From an uncultured virus (IMG/VR IMGVR_UViG_3300031227_000026) (taxonomy: Duplodnaviria; Heunggongvirae; Uroviricota; Caudoviricetes), in IMG/VR virus record IMGVR_UViG_3300031227_000026: DNA of 64,000 nucleotides; one strand, given 5' to 3'. Position 1 is the stretch's first letter. Every line of letters begins with the position of its first letter. Shown here one piece after another: positions 43,666 to 54,704 of this stretch. Below the pieces are notes generated by a model that saw nothing but the letters and a program-made list of their open reading frames with translations, did no database searches and was not told the DNA's origin. The translations under genes were made by a program, and so were the position numbers.

Positions 43666-45462
43666 GGAACAGAGTTAGGTGCGCGGTTCCTAACTCTGGG
43701 ATTCAAGATATATTGTCTTTATTTCTGCAAGAACCCGATCCCTAACTAAGCAAAAGTTCATTCGCGACAATAATTTTTCTACTTCACCTACTGTTGTCGC
43801 ATCAGTAAGCGTGTCATACTCTGCAACAAGTCCGTAATAGTTAACAATATTATCTTGAATTTTCGCGTCAAGTTTCTCTAAGAATGCATCCATAGTCTTA
43901 TTCCCTAATAGTCTCTTTGGCGATTTCTCGAATCTCTTCAAGGACTATTCCAATAGTTTCAATAAGTGGATTAGTAGCCTTTTCTTCAATAATCTTAAGA
44001 GCATTCTTCAAGTATGCAATCCTAATGCCCTTATGCTTGCTTGCTCTATCAAGATCCTTAACTAGCTCGCGCAAGAAGTCAATAGTATTTTTGTCATCCA
44101 CAGTTTTATCCCTTAATTTTTATAATCACACCATCCTTGACTTCAACGCTTGCATACCACGTATGGGGAGCGGGATAATGTGGCCCTTCGATAGCACACA
44201 AACCATCTTGGATATCAGGTCCAAAGAATCCTGGCTGGTAAACAGGTATCTGAATACCGTTCTTGAAGTCCTCTTTCATCTGTTTCTTTGTCTTGTAATT
44301 TTTATTAGTATAAGCCATTGTTTATTTTCCTTTTTTGATAAGAGTCAGACTCTTGGCATCATAGCAGCCCATGTAAATGTTGTTCTTTCTTGATCTTACT
44401 TCAATTGGATAAGGCCCAACGCCCCGTCTGGTTTCGATATTGGTAATTACTCCAATATTCTTGAAACGTTTCCTTTCATCTGGATAATAAAAGGTATATC
44501 TTTTGGTCACAGATACTTCAACAATGTCGCCTACTTTAAACATCTTTGCCACTCCTAATAGGTAACTCGACTTTGATCTTTTGCTCAATACGATTTTGCC
44601 AATCATCTTCCTGCTTGCAGCTTTGACATACTGCATAATAAAACTGTCTCCCGTTGCAGGTATATTGATTTATAGATCGTGGTGAATGTTGTCCGCACAG
44701 ATAACATTTAAACGCACGACTATTCCGTAGGCGTATAATCAATATTTCGGGAGCAACAATATTGTCATTATCGACTTCAAATAAAGTCATAACATCAACC
44801 CCATGTTTGATGCCCATTTCTTTATCGCGCCTGCTAGACAATAAAAATTTACCAAAAGCCCTTTTTTATGCTTCTTAAGTAAGTCCCATTCCTTAAATAA
44901 GTCCCATTCTCTGGATTGAGTTTTCTCGCAATAGTAACAGCAGCGTTGCTCATAAGTTTGCCCAATACGACAGTTTGTCAAAAGATACCAGTCGCAAAAC
45001 TTATGTAGTCCGATTTTACAAAGAAACTTCATTTGACACCCCTTCAAGAGTTTCTGCAATATAGCGTATTAAGGCACCAAGTTGCTCGGCACTTACATAG
45101 GTTAAATGATCTAGATTCGGAGGATCTGCGAGAATAGCCCGGGCTGCAACTCGCATACTATCAATGGCAATCTGGTTTTTTGGCGTTTCGACCCAGTTCT
45201 TGAATTTAATATGCCAGCTTTTTGGCGTAGAAGTCAAAGCATCTGCTGCAAGACGCAGAGCAACTATATTCTTTTGCTCGATCATTTCGGTACCCTTTCA
45301 ATTAAAGTGGCTTCACGCCTTTTCAACTTATAAAGATCTCTGTGTTCAAGATTCTTAACCCATTCTACCAGTTTATCAACTCTCCTTTCTTTTTTCCATG
45401 CCTTTTTGATAAGGGTTAAAGATGCCATCTTTAAGTCTTTGAACTTTCCGCGAGCAGTTTTT

Positions 45463-45621
45463 CTACTCATTATTGTCTCCAAAGAAATCATCAGGGTCTT
45501 CGTCTTCGTCTTCGTCTTCGTCTTCAAAAAAGATGCAGCCACAAGCATTACAAGTATACTCGCCATCGCCAAAAGACTCGATATCATCTGAACCACATTT
45601 AGGGCAAAAAACTTCTACCAT
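45463..45621 (-). CDS. 52-aa zinc-ribbon protein with an acidic tail (missed by the ORF track)
   Basis: MVEVFCPKCGSDDIESFGDGEYTCNACGCIFFEDEDEDEDEDPDDFFGDNNE; GGAG RBS. Confidence 0.75.
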   Translation of the reverse strand: MVEVFCPKCGSDDIESFGDGEYTCNACGCIFFEDEDEDEDEDPDDFFGDNNE

Positions 45622-45623
45622 AG

Positions 45624-46700
45624 TTACTCTCCTTCGGGTCTAGGACGCAGGTATCTTGCTTCAATAGGAATACCCTCGTCGGTTAATCCACGATAAGTAA
45701 AAGTTATACGCGACCCAACCGGAAACATATTCGATGTTATCCAGTCATGGCATACCATATTTGGATGCTCGATAGCCCAATTAGTTGCTTCAAGAGTAGC
45801 GAAGTCACGCTCACCATTAAGAGTATTGAAACCAGAAAGCTTAAATGTTTTTTCATTTTCTAGCTTCAAGATCAATGCCCCTATTTTTCCGAGTAGTTTG
45901 CTACCCTTGTCGGTCTCTCGTCCAGTGGTATACCCGATAACAGTTCCTTCCATATCGTCGGCTTTTTTCACCTTCAACAAATTCCACGATCGTTCAGGAA
46001 ACCATCTTGACTTAGGTGATCTTAAAATCACCCCTTCGCCATGGGGCTTTGCAATAATCTCAGCAACACGTTCGTTAATTCTGGTCATTGCGGCATTGTA
46101 GACTATTGAGAGTCTCTCCTGTGGGTGGATGATTGCCACTGATGATGGCGACAGGCTGGCGGACAAATGTGTAAGAGTCTCCTCGAAAGATCTGTTATGT
46201 ATAATGAACTCATAGCCACGCTCATTGATGAAACTAAGTATAGCCCCGTAGTCAAAATACCGTCTACAAGCATCTACTGCCCCTGCTCCGAAAATTTGAT
46301 CGAAACTTGGAGAATCGAAGATATTATAGTCTATCTCCGACCAGTCACCCATATTCTCGGGATTCCTTTTCAAGATCGAAAACAATTTTTGTCTCGACAT
46401 CGTGGTGCTGAATAGTTCACCATCCAAGGGTGTTATAGGCAAGGTGTCCAAGAACCATTCTGGAGCATGCCGCACATGCCCATAGCGTGTCCACATGCCT
46501 GTTGCAATCTGCTCTTTGACATACCTATCATCTTTCGTAATATTTGCCCACGGGACTTTTAATTTAGGAATCCCTCTTGAAATTCCGCCATCCCAAAAAC
46601 AGCGTTCACCATCGAGTTTCTCGGACATATACCAGTCTGTAACCCAACACTTAGTCGGATTATATTTTTGTGCAAGCATTACAAATTCACGCTTTGCCAT
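45624..46700 (-). CDS. ATP-dependent DNA ligase
   Basis: SEKLDG motif I, LDGELF, GEGVILR, LLKVK, C-terminal OB fold. Confidence 0.9.
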   Translation of the reverse strand: MAKREFVMLAQKYNPTKCWVTDWYMSEKLDGERCFWDGGISRGIPKLKVPWANITKDDRYVKEQIATGMWTRYGHVRHAPEWFLDTLPITPLDGELFSTTMSRQKLFSILKRNPENMGDWSEIDYNIFDSPSFDQIFGAGAVDACRRYFDYGAILSFINERGYEFIIHNRSFEETLTHLSASLSPSSVAIIHPQERLSIVYNAAMTRINERVAEIIAKPHGEGVILRSPKSRWFPERSWNLLKVKKADDMEGTVIGYTTGRETDKGSKLLGKIGALILKLENEKTFKLSGFNTLNGERDFATLEATNWAIEHPNMVCHDWITSNMFPVGSRITFTYRGLTDEGIPIEARYLRPRPEGE

Positions 46701-48914
46701 TCTTTGGCTCCTTTAGTTGTTTGATAGTTTCTTCTCTTGCAACTTCATCTGTTTCTTGAATCATAAAGAAGAAAAGATCAACCAAATGAGTGATCTTTTT
46801 TATTGACCATATTGGAGTATTACTTCGTAGTATACATGATACCTGTTCTTTAGTATAAATCACAATATTTCCTCTTTTTGATAGGATTCAATCAAGAGCC
46901 TACAGACAGGATTTTCATAGTCAAGTAATTTGAGAGCATCTTCTATATTCTTGATTTTTGAAATCCTATTCACTATAAATGCAGTCCAATATGAGTCAAT
47001 ACTGATAAGCACTGAAGCAAATGTTTCAGCTCTTTTCTCTATTTCATCTTCAGTAAAAGAGTCACCTATCCATAGATACCCAATACCTATTATAGTATTG
47101 GATACTAATACATTAGTTGGATAGGTTAAAAGAGTATATTTTATTTCTTCAAGGAATGCCATTTAATTCACTATCTTCGGACGTCCTGTATCCGATCTTT
47201 AGCTGGTCATTATCATCTATCATGAAATAGAGAGCTGGGAAATTTCTACGTAGATAGGAATAAAGAGCAACATTACTTCTACAACGTCCACGAATATGCT
47301 TGATTAGCTTAATCAGCCACATCATTTCCTCTGGTGTTGGGGAATAAGCTTTAAAAACCTCTTGGAACTCTCTTAAAACTTCTGGTTCGTCGAATTTTGT
47401 CATATTTGTTTTCCTTTTGTTATAAGATTCAATTCATAACAAATGATCGCTAATTCACTTAATGTTGATTCCGGCAATCGTAACCATTCGTGAATATGGT
47501 GCCATGTCCAAATTTTAGATCCAGACATATTAAAATAGCCTATAACTCGAAAATGCCCTTTAACTGCTTCTTCTCTTATAGTTATTTTTAAGGTTTCATT
47601 TGTTACATCCTTAAGAGTAATTATTTGTCCAAGAGTATTTTCCATCCTCATTCATTTCTCCAGTCAGCATCATCACGTAATGGATGTTGCTTCTTGGGAA
47701 GTTTTACTCTTAAACCTTCATCCCTTATACTGTAGATTATTCCTTTTCTTTGACATTTTTTACATATCCTATTATGCCTCGGATCTTTGCTCTCGAAGTC
47801 TTTTCTGCATCTTAGACACATTACGGTGGTCTTCAACGGTTATTCTCCTAATATTTGGGGATATAGTTACGTCAACAGCCTTTAAAAATTTGAAACAGCT
47901 GTCACATAACTTTTCTTCTTTGATAGTTTCAAAGCCGTTTGATACTTTACTGCCATGATAATACTTGACTCGGCGTATTATCCTAACAAGCATATTGGGT
48001 TTCTTTGCAAATTGCTTACAAGCACCACACTTGAACATTAACATTCTCCAAAATTTGATTTCTTCAATCAGATTTTACACAATTCTTACAAATTTGCTTC
48101 AGTTCATTTTCCCCCCAACACCCCGCAAACGGGAGCTCCACATAGTTTGCAAGGATTTGTAAGAAATTTCTTTACGCGATGTTTACAGATACCGCAGAAA
48201 GTCATTTGAATTCCCAGTTTGTCTTTAAGCTACTCAATATATACTCCTATTTATTACTCTAAGTTCCCCAATTACAGCTGACCATATGCATGATGTCCAA
48301 CACGCTTTTTTTGTCGGTTGGGAATGGAACAGGCAAGTTAGCAATTCGCAGGAAAGTTATAACCTGCAAAGAGTCTATATCTTTCTGGTCTGAAAGGTGA
48401 AAAAGAATCACCCCACGTTCGGAGTCTACTTCTAATACCCCGTTGAATTCTGTTGTCGGTGTATGATACAGTTCGATTTCAGCCGCTGTGAAATTGATAG
48501 TATTTTCGTTTCCATCAGAGTCCTCGAATGAGACAGCATATGGATACTCGGTGTGTTCAAGAACTAATACAATCGTTCCGAGGAAATTGGCTTCCGAGAT
48601 AGTCTTCCATCTACCTTCTGATATATGCTCGGCGTCTTTGGATACTTTAACTTTTACCATGTCGCCTTCAAACATTGTCACTCTCCTTATTTAGGTGATT
48701 GATAAATCACTCTTAAGATAGTTTTCCATCTTTCGCCTAGCTTCATCGTGACCTTCTCTCCATACTTCTTTCAGCAGTCTTACCGTTTGGTTAATTGCCA
48801 CTTTATACGATAATGAAGTGCTCCGAAAAGTTGTATCAACTCCTGACCAGATTTCATCCACTTTTTCCCCGAGTTCTGCTTCCCAAATTCCGTCTTTGTC
48901 GTCTTTAAGCATTG

Positions 48915-49849
48915 TCATTCTCCTGCAGTTTGTAGTATTTGACGAATTGCCTTGAGTTCGCTAGAAAGATTTCGTCCTTTATGATAAATGCTTGCTGGAG
49001 CCGCAGAACCGCGCCACGCCGCCGCTCACGGCGCCGGTGCTGGTGCCGTAGAAATACGCGAAGCCGCTGTTCACGATGCCGGTGCTGGTGTCGAAGAAAT
49101 GCGCGAAGCCGCTGTTCACGGTGCCGGTGCTGGTGTCGCGGAATCGCGCGAAGCCGCCGCTCACGGTGCCGGTGCTAGAGCCGTAGAACCGCGCGTAGCC
49201 GCCGCTCACGGTGCCGGTGCTGGTGTCGTAGAACCGCGCCACGCCGCCGCTCACGGTGCCGGTGCTGGTGTCGTGAAACTGCGCCATGCTGTCGCCGCTC
49301 ACGGTGCCGGTGCTGGTGTCATGGAACAATGCTATGCCGCCGCTCACGGTGCCGGTGCTGGTGTCGTAGAAATGCGCGAAGCCGCCGCTCATGGTGCCGG
49401 TGCTGGCGCCGTAGAACCGCGCCGTGCCGCCGCTCACGGTGATATGTGCTTTGCCAATAGCCATCCGCGTCTGCCCCTGTTTGCATGTTCCCCTGCCACG
49501 TTTGATGAGGTGGTATTTCGCCCAAACCGTCAATGCCTTGCGGCACTCTCTCTCGCCCCACCTCGCGTTCCACCATTCGGGCGTAACGGTTTGGCCGAGG
49601 GTAAACACCCATTGCTTGAGGGGGAGCGAGTAATCGTTATCTGGCGGCACGATTTCGCACCGCACGAAGTCGCCGCCGTGCAACGAATCGTTGAGCGCGC
49701 GTTCGCTGATAATATCCTCATGACTGTCGCCGTTCTTGTCCCAAAAGACGCCATTACGAGTTACGATAAAACTTGCTGACCTGCACATCATCATTCTCCT
49801 GCAGTTTGTAGTATTTGACGAATTGCCTTGAGTTCGCTAGAAAGATTTC
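48915..49849. mobile_element. GC-rich gene cassette flanked by 59-bp perfect direct repeats
   Basis: 48915..48973 is identical to 49791..49849; the interior is much more GC-rich than the flanks. Confidence 0.7.
48979..49794 (-). CDS. Protein with about ten 15-aa repeats (TSTGTVSGGxAxFxD), beta-solenoid-like
   Basis: 45-bp tandem units at about 48995..49445. Confidence 0.8.
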   Translation of the reverse strand: MMMCRSASFIVTRNGVFWDKNGDSHEDIISERALNDSLHGGDFVRCEIVPPDNDYSLPLKQWVFTLGQTVTPEWWNARWGERECRKALTVWAKYHLIKRGRGTCKQGQTRMAIGKAHITVSGGTARFYGASTGTMSGGFAHFYDTSTGTVSGGIALFHDTSTGTVSGDSMAQFHDTSTGTVSGGVARFYDTSTGTVSGGYARFYGSSTGTVSGGFARFRDTSTGTVNSGFAHFFDTSTGIVNSGFAYFYGTSTGAVSGGVARFCGSSKHLS

Positions 49850-51108
49850 TTGCCTGCTCTTCTGTTAGGTCAATCATATATGGAACATGCTCTAGCGCCT
49901 TCTCTACGCCATAGTGCACCATTACTATCGCAGAGTATGACAAGCTCTTTTTGAAAATACGATGCAGTTCTTTGGTTTCATCAATTGTCAGCATTGTCAT
50001 TTCTCCAAGATTAGTCCTTCGACTCCGTAACCAACAAGGATTACATAGTCTCCAGGACTGTGAACAGCTGTCCTGTCGCAGTTGCACACCACCCTTGCGA
50101 TAAAGACAGGGTCGCCGCAAGCGCCACAAGAGCTTTCTTGCGTTATGATGATGTCGATAAGCCCAACAAGCTCCTCATCAAAAATATCATACACGGTGTC
50201 TCCAACTTTTGGAATATAGTAGCCATCCAAAGGATCAATGCCCAAGGTACCACGTTCTACTCTCATCTGTCTACCCTTTCTCAAAATATCCCTGTAGGAT
50301 TGAACAAATCACTTGAGCTCGTCCCTCATCGAAGTTGCTACTAAAAGGCAGGGCGATGTGATTCTTTTCGCAGAAGCTCTCTAAAAGCAGGATAGTATTT
50401 TTTGATTCGATATCTGCAACAAAATTGACGGAATCACGACCACTTGTATATCCAATGTCATAAGCGCCAAAACGCTCGATATTCACAAAATTTGCAAGAT
50501 CATCTCTCAAGTCTGCATCATCTTCGTAGTGTTTATTTTTAACCTTGTCAACAATCTCTTCAATATCCATTGTCAATTACCTCAATATGACATGTTATAT
50601 CGAAACCACTTCTGACCGATTCGAAAATCAAACCCAAACTTTTCTCCGCATAGCTGTTCTCCTGTTTCCAGCATTTTGATATCTTCGACAAATGGCGGGG
50701 CCAATAACTCAATGGCTTCTTTGTATTCATCGTCGAGTCCGCCAAAGTCATATTCATCTTGCCATTTTCTTGTAAGAAATCCAAGATGCGGAGCCGCATT
50801 ATTTATGAAAACTTGAGCAAGTTCTGCTGAGGCCGGCATTTTGGTCTCCGTTTCTTTGCGTCGTTGTGTGCCATTATCATTGCTTTACGGATAGCTTTGA
50901 TTTCACGATCGCTCCATACTTTCATTGTTTATCTCCTTTGCGCATTTGAGACAAAACGGCTGGTTATTAATAAGCGCGACTTGGGAGACATGGACTCCCA
51001 AGCCGCACCTAACACACACTCTACCAGCACACAACACACAGGCAGATCGTTTGAAATATGGATGTTTGTATACATCCCCTACAATTTCTTGTTTGCAGTC
51101 ACAGCATC

Positions 51109-51630
51109 TCATTGACCACCAGCCCTTTCTTTCACATTGGTAATATGCCACTTTGCTGTTGATGCGCCCATACCAAGTTTTTGTGCTATTTCATCAAAAG
51201 AGTATCCAGCAATACGCAAATTTAAGATGGCAAGTTCGACCTCTGAAATCTTATACATTTTGATAATATCAGACACGCCAAATACATTGACATCTTCAAC
51301 GGAAGGTTCAGCACTATCTGTAGAATTATTATCATCCCCAGAATGATTCAAAGATCGACAATAGACCATTAGGCTAAAGTCATGATCGTGGATAGTAGAA
51401 TTTGGAACGCGAATAAGTCTATTTTCTACACAATACTTGCGTAAGTGTCCATAGACTGTTTTTCGTAGTGTGAAAGGATTGGCGTCAGGATATCTTGATA
51501 AATATTCTACAGAAACCATTAAAGCTTCATTTTCAAGATCATCAACATCTTGATTTTTGAATCTTGAACGTGCCCAAAGTGCCGAGCGACGAGCTAATTT
51601 ATAGACTTCCTTGTCCATTATCAAAGTCAC
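51109..51630 (-). CDS. Sigma-70-like factor
   Basis: Region 2-like DVDDLENEA; region 4 HTH GYSFDEIAQKLGMGASTAKWH. Confidence 0.65.
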   Translation of the reverse strand: MTLIMDKEVYKLARRSALWARSRFKNQDVDDLENEALMVSVEYLSRYPDANPFTLRKTVYGHLRKYCVENRLIRVPNSTIHDHDFSLMVYCRSLNHSGDDNNSTDSAEPSVEDVNVFGVSDIIKMYKISEVELAILNLRIAGYSFDEIAQKLGMGASTAKWHITNVKERAGGQ

Positions 51631-51713
51631 TTTGCCTCACCTCGAAAAGGTTTGAGTAACCCAGAGCCATACCTTCTTTAATGACCGGACTACTTCAAAT
51701 AGGATGCAGTTTC

Positions 51714-51761
51714 TCCTTGTCAGTATGCTGGACTACATGTTGTCTAGCATACTGACAAGGA
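51714..51761. terminator. Long hairpin (20-bp stem)
   Basis: TCCTTGTCAGTATGCTGGAC-TACATGTT-GTCTAGCATACTGACAAGGA. Confidence 0.6.
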
Positions 51762-52250
51762 TGGAGTATATTTAATATGCTTCGATGTCATCCGCTGAAA
51801 AGAAAATAGTCACGTCGCCTTCGTAGGCATCTTCGAATAAGACAGCGTATGGACACTGTCGATTTTTAAATATTTCTGAAATCAATCCGACAAAATCAGC
51901 TCTCAAAATAACTTTCCACAGCTCTTCGTCCATATGCTCACTATCTCTGGTAACGTTAACTCTTACCAAGTCTCCTGCTTCAAGCATTGTCGTTCTCCAT
52001 GTTAAGATGAGATGCTACTTTTTCCAGCTCTTCACCACAACCTGCTGGATAACTTCCAGCATTTTGGCTAACTCATTCAATCATCTCCTTTTTCAATATG
52101 AGACTATAGGATTGAGCAAATCATAGACTTCCTTGTCCATTTGCCCAATCCTTTCAGATGATCTTAAAATCACTAACGTCTATTATTGAAATCATAAAAT
52201 CAAATTGTGCGCTCTGATGTCAACAGTGTCCGCGCACATTACCTATATAC

Positions 52251-52279
52251 AGTATATCCGACGGCTCGCGGAAAGTCAA
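52251..52279 (-). promoter_or_regulatory. Sigma70 promoter driving the accessory region
   Basis: TTGACT-17 bp-TATACT with TCGGA just before the -10. Confidence 0.7.
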
Positions 52280-52338
52280 CTGTATTTGAGGAATAAAATG
52301 ATTTTATGATTCCAATAATCCGAAAAGATGATTTCATT

Positions 52339-52824
52339 TCAATGATTTTCAGAATCAATTTTAATGATTAACCAAGCATCTTCTGCTGATTTAAAGATCG
52401 AATTATAGGATGTTAATGGGTATTTCATACCTCGTGGGTCATATATATAAATACCATCACAAGCAACAGCATGCCCAGCCCCAGTGAATAGTTCCCCAAC
52501 TATCACTGATGCCTTTGACTTATATATATGATTCCAGAATCTTTGCTCGGGAAGACTTTGAATAGGTTTGACATCATTATCAGACCATGGGCGGGTTTTT
52601 GGTATACAGATTATACCTACTGGGGCTAACTCATGATTCAAACATACATCTACCATTTCATCGATATGATGCCCGCGGAATCTGGCATTTCCAACTAACT
52701 CGGGCCAAACAATTTCTGTGCCATCATGACCGATTTCTTGGATTAGACTTTCTGCTGATATATTCATTGCCATTGCAAACGAATATACCATACAAAATGG
52801 TCCGTCCATAGTTTGTAAATTCAT
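52339..52824 (-). CDS. Papain-like (C39-like) peptidase
   Basis: Q..C...SFAM, GHAV, IYDP. Confidence 0.55.
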   Translation of the reverse strand: MNLQTMDGPFCMVYSFAMAMNISAESLIQEIGHDGTEIVWPELVGNARFRGHHIDEMVDVCLNHELAPVGIICIPKTRPWSDNDVKPIQSLPEQRFWNHIYKSKASVIVGELFTGAGHAVACDGIYIYDPRGMKYPLTSYNSIFKSAEDAWLIIKIDSENH

Positions 52825-53291
52825 TCTTTAGATTCTCCATCTTTGGTATCCTCTAAAAGAGATTCTGGAATCTCAATTGTTTGACATAGTGTTTTTAGCT
52901 CATTTGAGATACCAGCAGCAAAGATAATGATATCAATATTCTTTGACCGCATATGATTGATAAATGGGGCAAGGTCGCGATTAGATGATGCAATAAATAC
53001 AGTGTCTACTCGATGATTTTCTAAATCATCTATGATATCGATTACAATACCTACTGACCAATCTTCTCGTGGCCCTTTATATTTTGTTTCTATATTTTGT
53101 TTCTGCAATGACCTGATAAATGGACTTGCTTCATTTTTCATCTGGATACCATAAGCTACTGCCTTAACAAGATTTCCTAGATCTTTTATATGCTGAAGAA
53201 ATTTACTATAGTCTAATTTTCTACCTTCATACTTCTGCTTTACACAATAATAAAGATTCGATATATCCATATAAACACCAATTTGCTTCAT
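52821..53291 (-). CDS. NYN/LabA (DUF88) PIN-like nuclease-domain protein
   Basis: VYMDISNLYY, ASSNRDLAP, S.EL motifs. Confidence 0.75.
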   Translation of the reverse strand: MKQIGVYMDISNLYYCVKQKYEGRKLDYSKFLQHIKDLGNLVKAVAYGIQMKNEASPFIRSLQKQNIETKYKGPREDWSVGIVIDIIDDLENHRVDTVFIASSNRDLAPFINHMRSKNIDIIIFAAGISNELKTLCQTIEIPESLLEDTKDGESKE

Positions 53292-53644
53292 CTCAAAGCC
53301 TCCAAATACCATGCCCAATTGGGGCGTGTAAATAGTTTTTCGTATTCTGAGTTTATCGAACCAACTAATACCCAGACTCCCGAACCGTTGGCACATAGTT
53401 TCGGAAATACTTCATGTTGGGCTGATGTAAAAACATCACCTTTTCTTTTTGGGTCTTTGACTTCTATCCAACGTTGTCCATATTTTGAATGGCAAGCAAA
53501 AATATCTGGTAGCCCAGATTGAAACATGTTTCCATGTGTCACGATAGCATACCAGCCATTCGTCCGTAGTTTTGCAAGAATAGAAGACTGAATCTTTGAT
53601 TCTGGCCCACCTTTCTTTGTTCGTTTAGGGCTGAATGGATCCAT
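53288..53644 (-). CDS. VRR-NUC nuclease / Holliday junction resolvase
   Basis: ESKIQ, GLPDI, WIEVK, T.AQ. Confidence 0.85.
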   Translation of the reverse strand: MDPFSPKRTKKGGPESKIQSSILAKLRTNGWYAIVTHGNMFQSGLPDIFACHSKYGQRWIEVKDPKRKGDVFTSAQHEVFPKLCANGSGVWVLVGSINSEYEKLFTRPNWAWYLEALR

Positions 53645-54347
53645 TTATTATTCCTTTTCTTCAAAAACAAGTATAGCTAAAGTAAGCATTTGTATTGCTT
53701 TGAGGATAGTTGGTTTTGCTTGCCCCTTTTTAGCGTCTTCAATCAATACTTGAGCTTGAGTAAGATAATAATTGTAATTACCAACGTCAACAATAATCCT
53801 CAAAGACTTACTCTTTTTTGGATTGAACTTGGCCTGATTTAATGTTTTCGCTATTGAAGTAGCGGAGATCGTTTTCATTATAGTATCCTTTTTGTTTTAA
53901 GATTTCAAGAATCCGACTTTGAAGTTGCAGAAGTATTGCCATGTGCTTTATAATTTCCTGCAGATGCTTTATGTCGTTTTTCATTTTTTCGGAGCACTTC
54001 ATTTATCTTCCTTTTCTTAAATAATACCGGACGAAATTTATTAGTAATAACTTTCTTGAGGTTAATCCTAGCTCTTTTGAGTAATTGAACTTCGGCTAAA
54101 TCTTCACAGTCTCCCATTGATTCGTAAAATTCCCAAACATCTTCGGAACATAGTCTTCGAATCTTTGCATAGTCATTCAATGATGCTAAAGCCCTATCTT
54201 TAAGCCACATATAGGCATCATGCAATATTTCTGCTTTTAAGGTGTTCATTTTATCTGGGCAATATAGTTCCAAATCAGCACGTTTTGCAGTTATCTGATG
54301 CTCATGAGTGATCTTTTCAATCTTCTCACAATAATACTTCTTGCTCC

Positions 54348-54704
54348 TCATTTCTTGGCTCCTTTTGTTATAGTTGAAACTAAATCACGTTTTGACATAC
54401 GTGAATAACCGACAATACGCATTTTTGCAGCAATTTGTTTTAATCTACTTACAGGTAATTCACCAATATCCTTAGATGGATGCTTTTTTACCCAGTCTTG
54501 TAATGAGCCTTTATCACACACCCCAATATATAATAATGCCGCTTCTTTAGATTCATCAGTAGATTCATTCCAAACTTGCTCAAAAGCCTGCCTATTTATA
54601 AAACCTTCAATACTCCTTAATTCAAGAATTTGATTGTGCAAATCTATTCTAACTTCTTCAAGAGACTTTACTTGTCTGCCCATGTATTCATAGACTCCTT
54701 CCAA
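54348..54704 (-). CDS. Protein with a C-terminal Rho-N-like (HeH) domain
   Basis: LKQIAAKMRIVGYSRMSKRDLV. Confidence 0.55.
   Translation of the reverse strand: MEGVYEYMGRQVKSLEEVRIDLHNQILELRSIEGFINRQAFEQVWNESTDESKEAALLYIGVCDKGSLQDWVKKHPSKDIGELPVSRLKQIAAKMRIVGYSRMSKRDLVSTITKGAKK

Noticed and set aside
48988..49779. 263-aa plus-strand ORF (AAAHGAGAG repeats)
   Set aside because: Antisense shadow of the GC-rich minus-strand gene, which has an RBS and an ATGA overlap.
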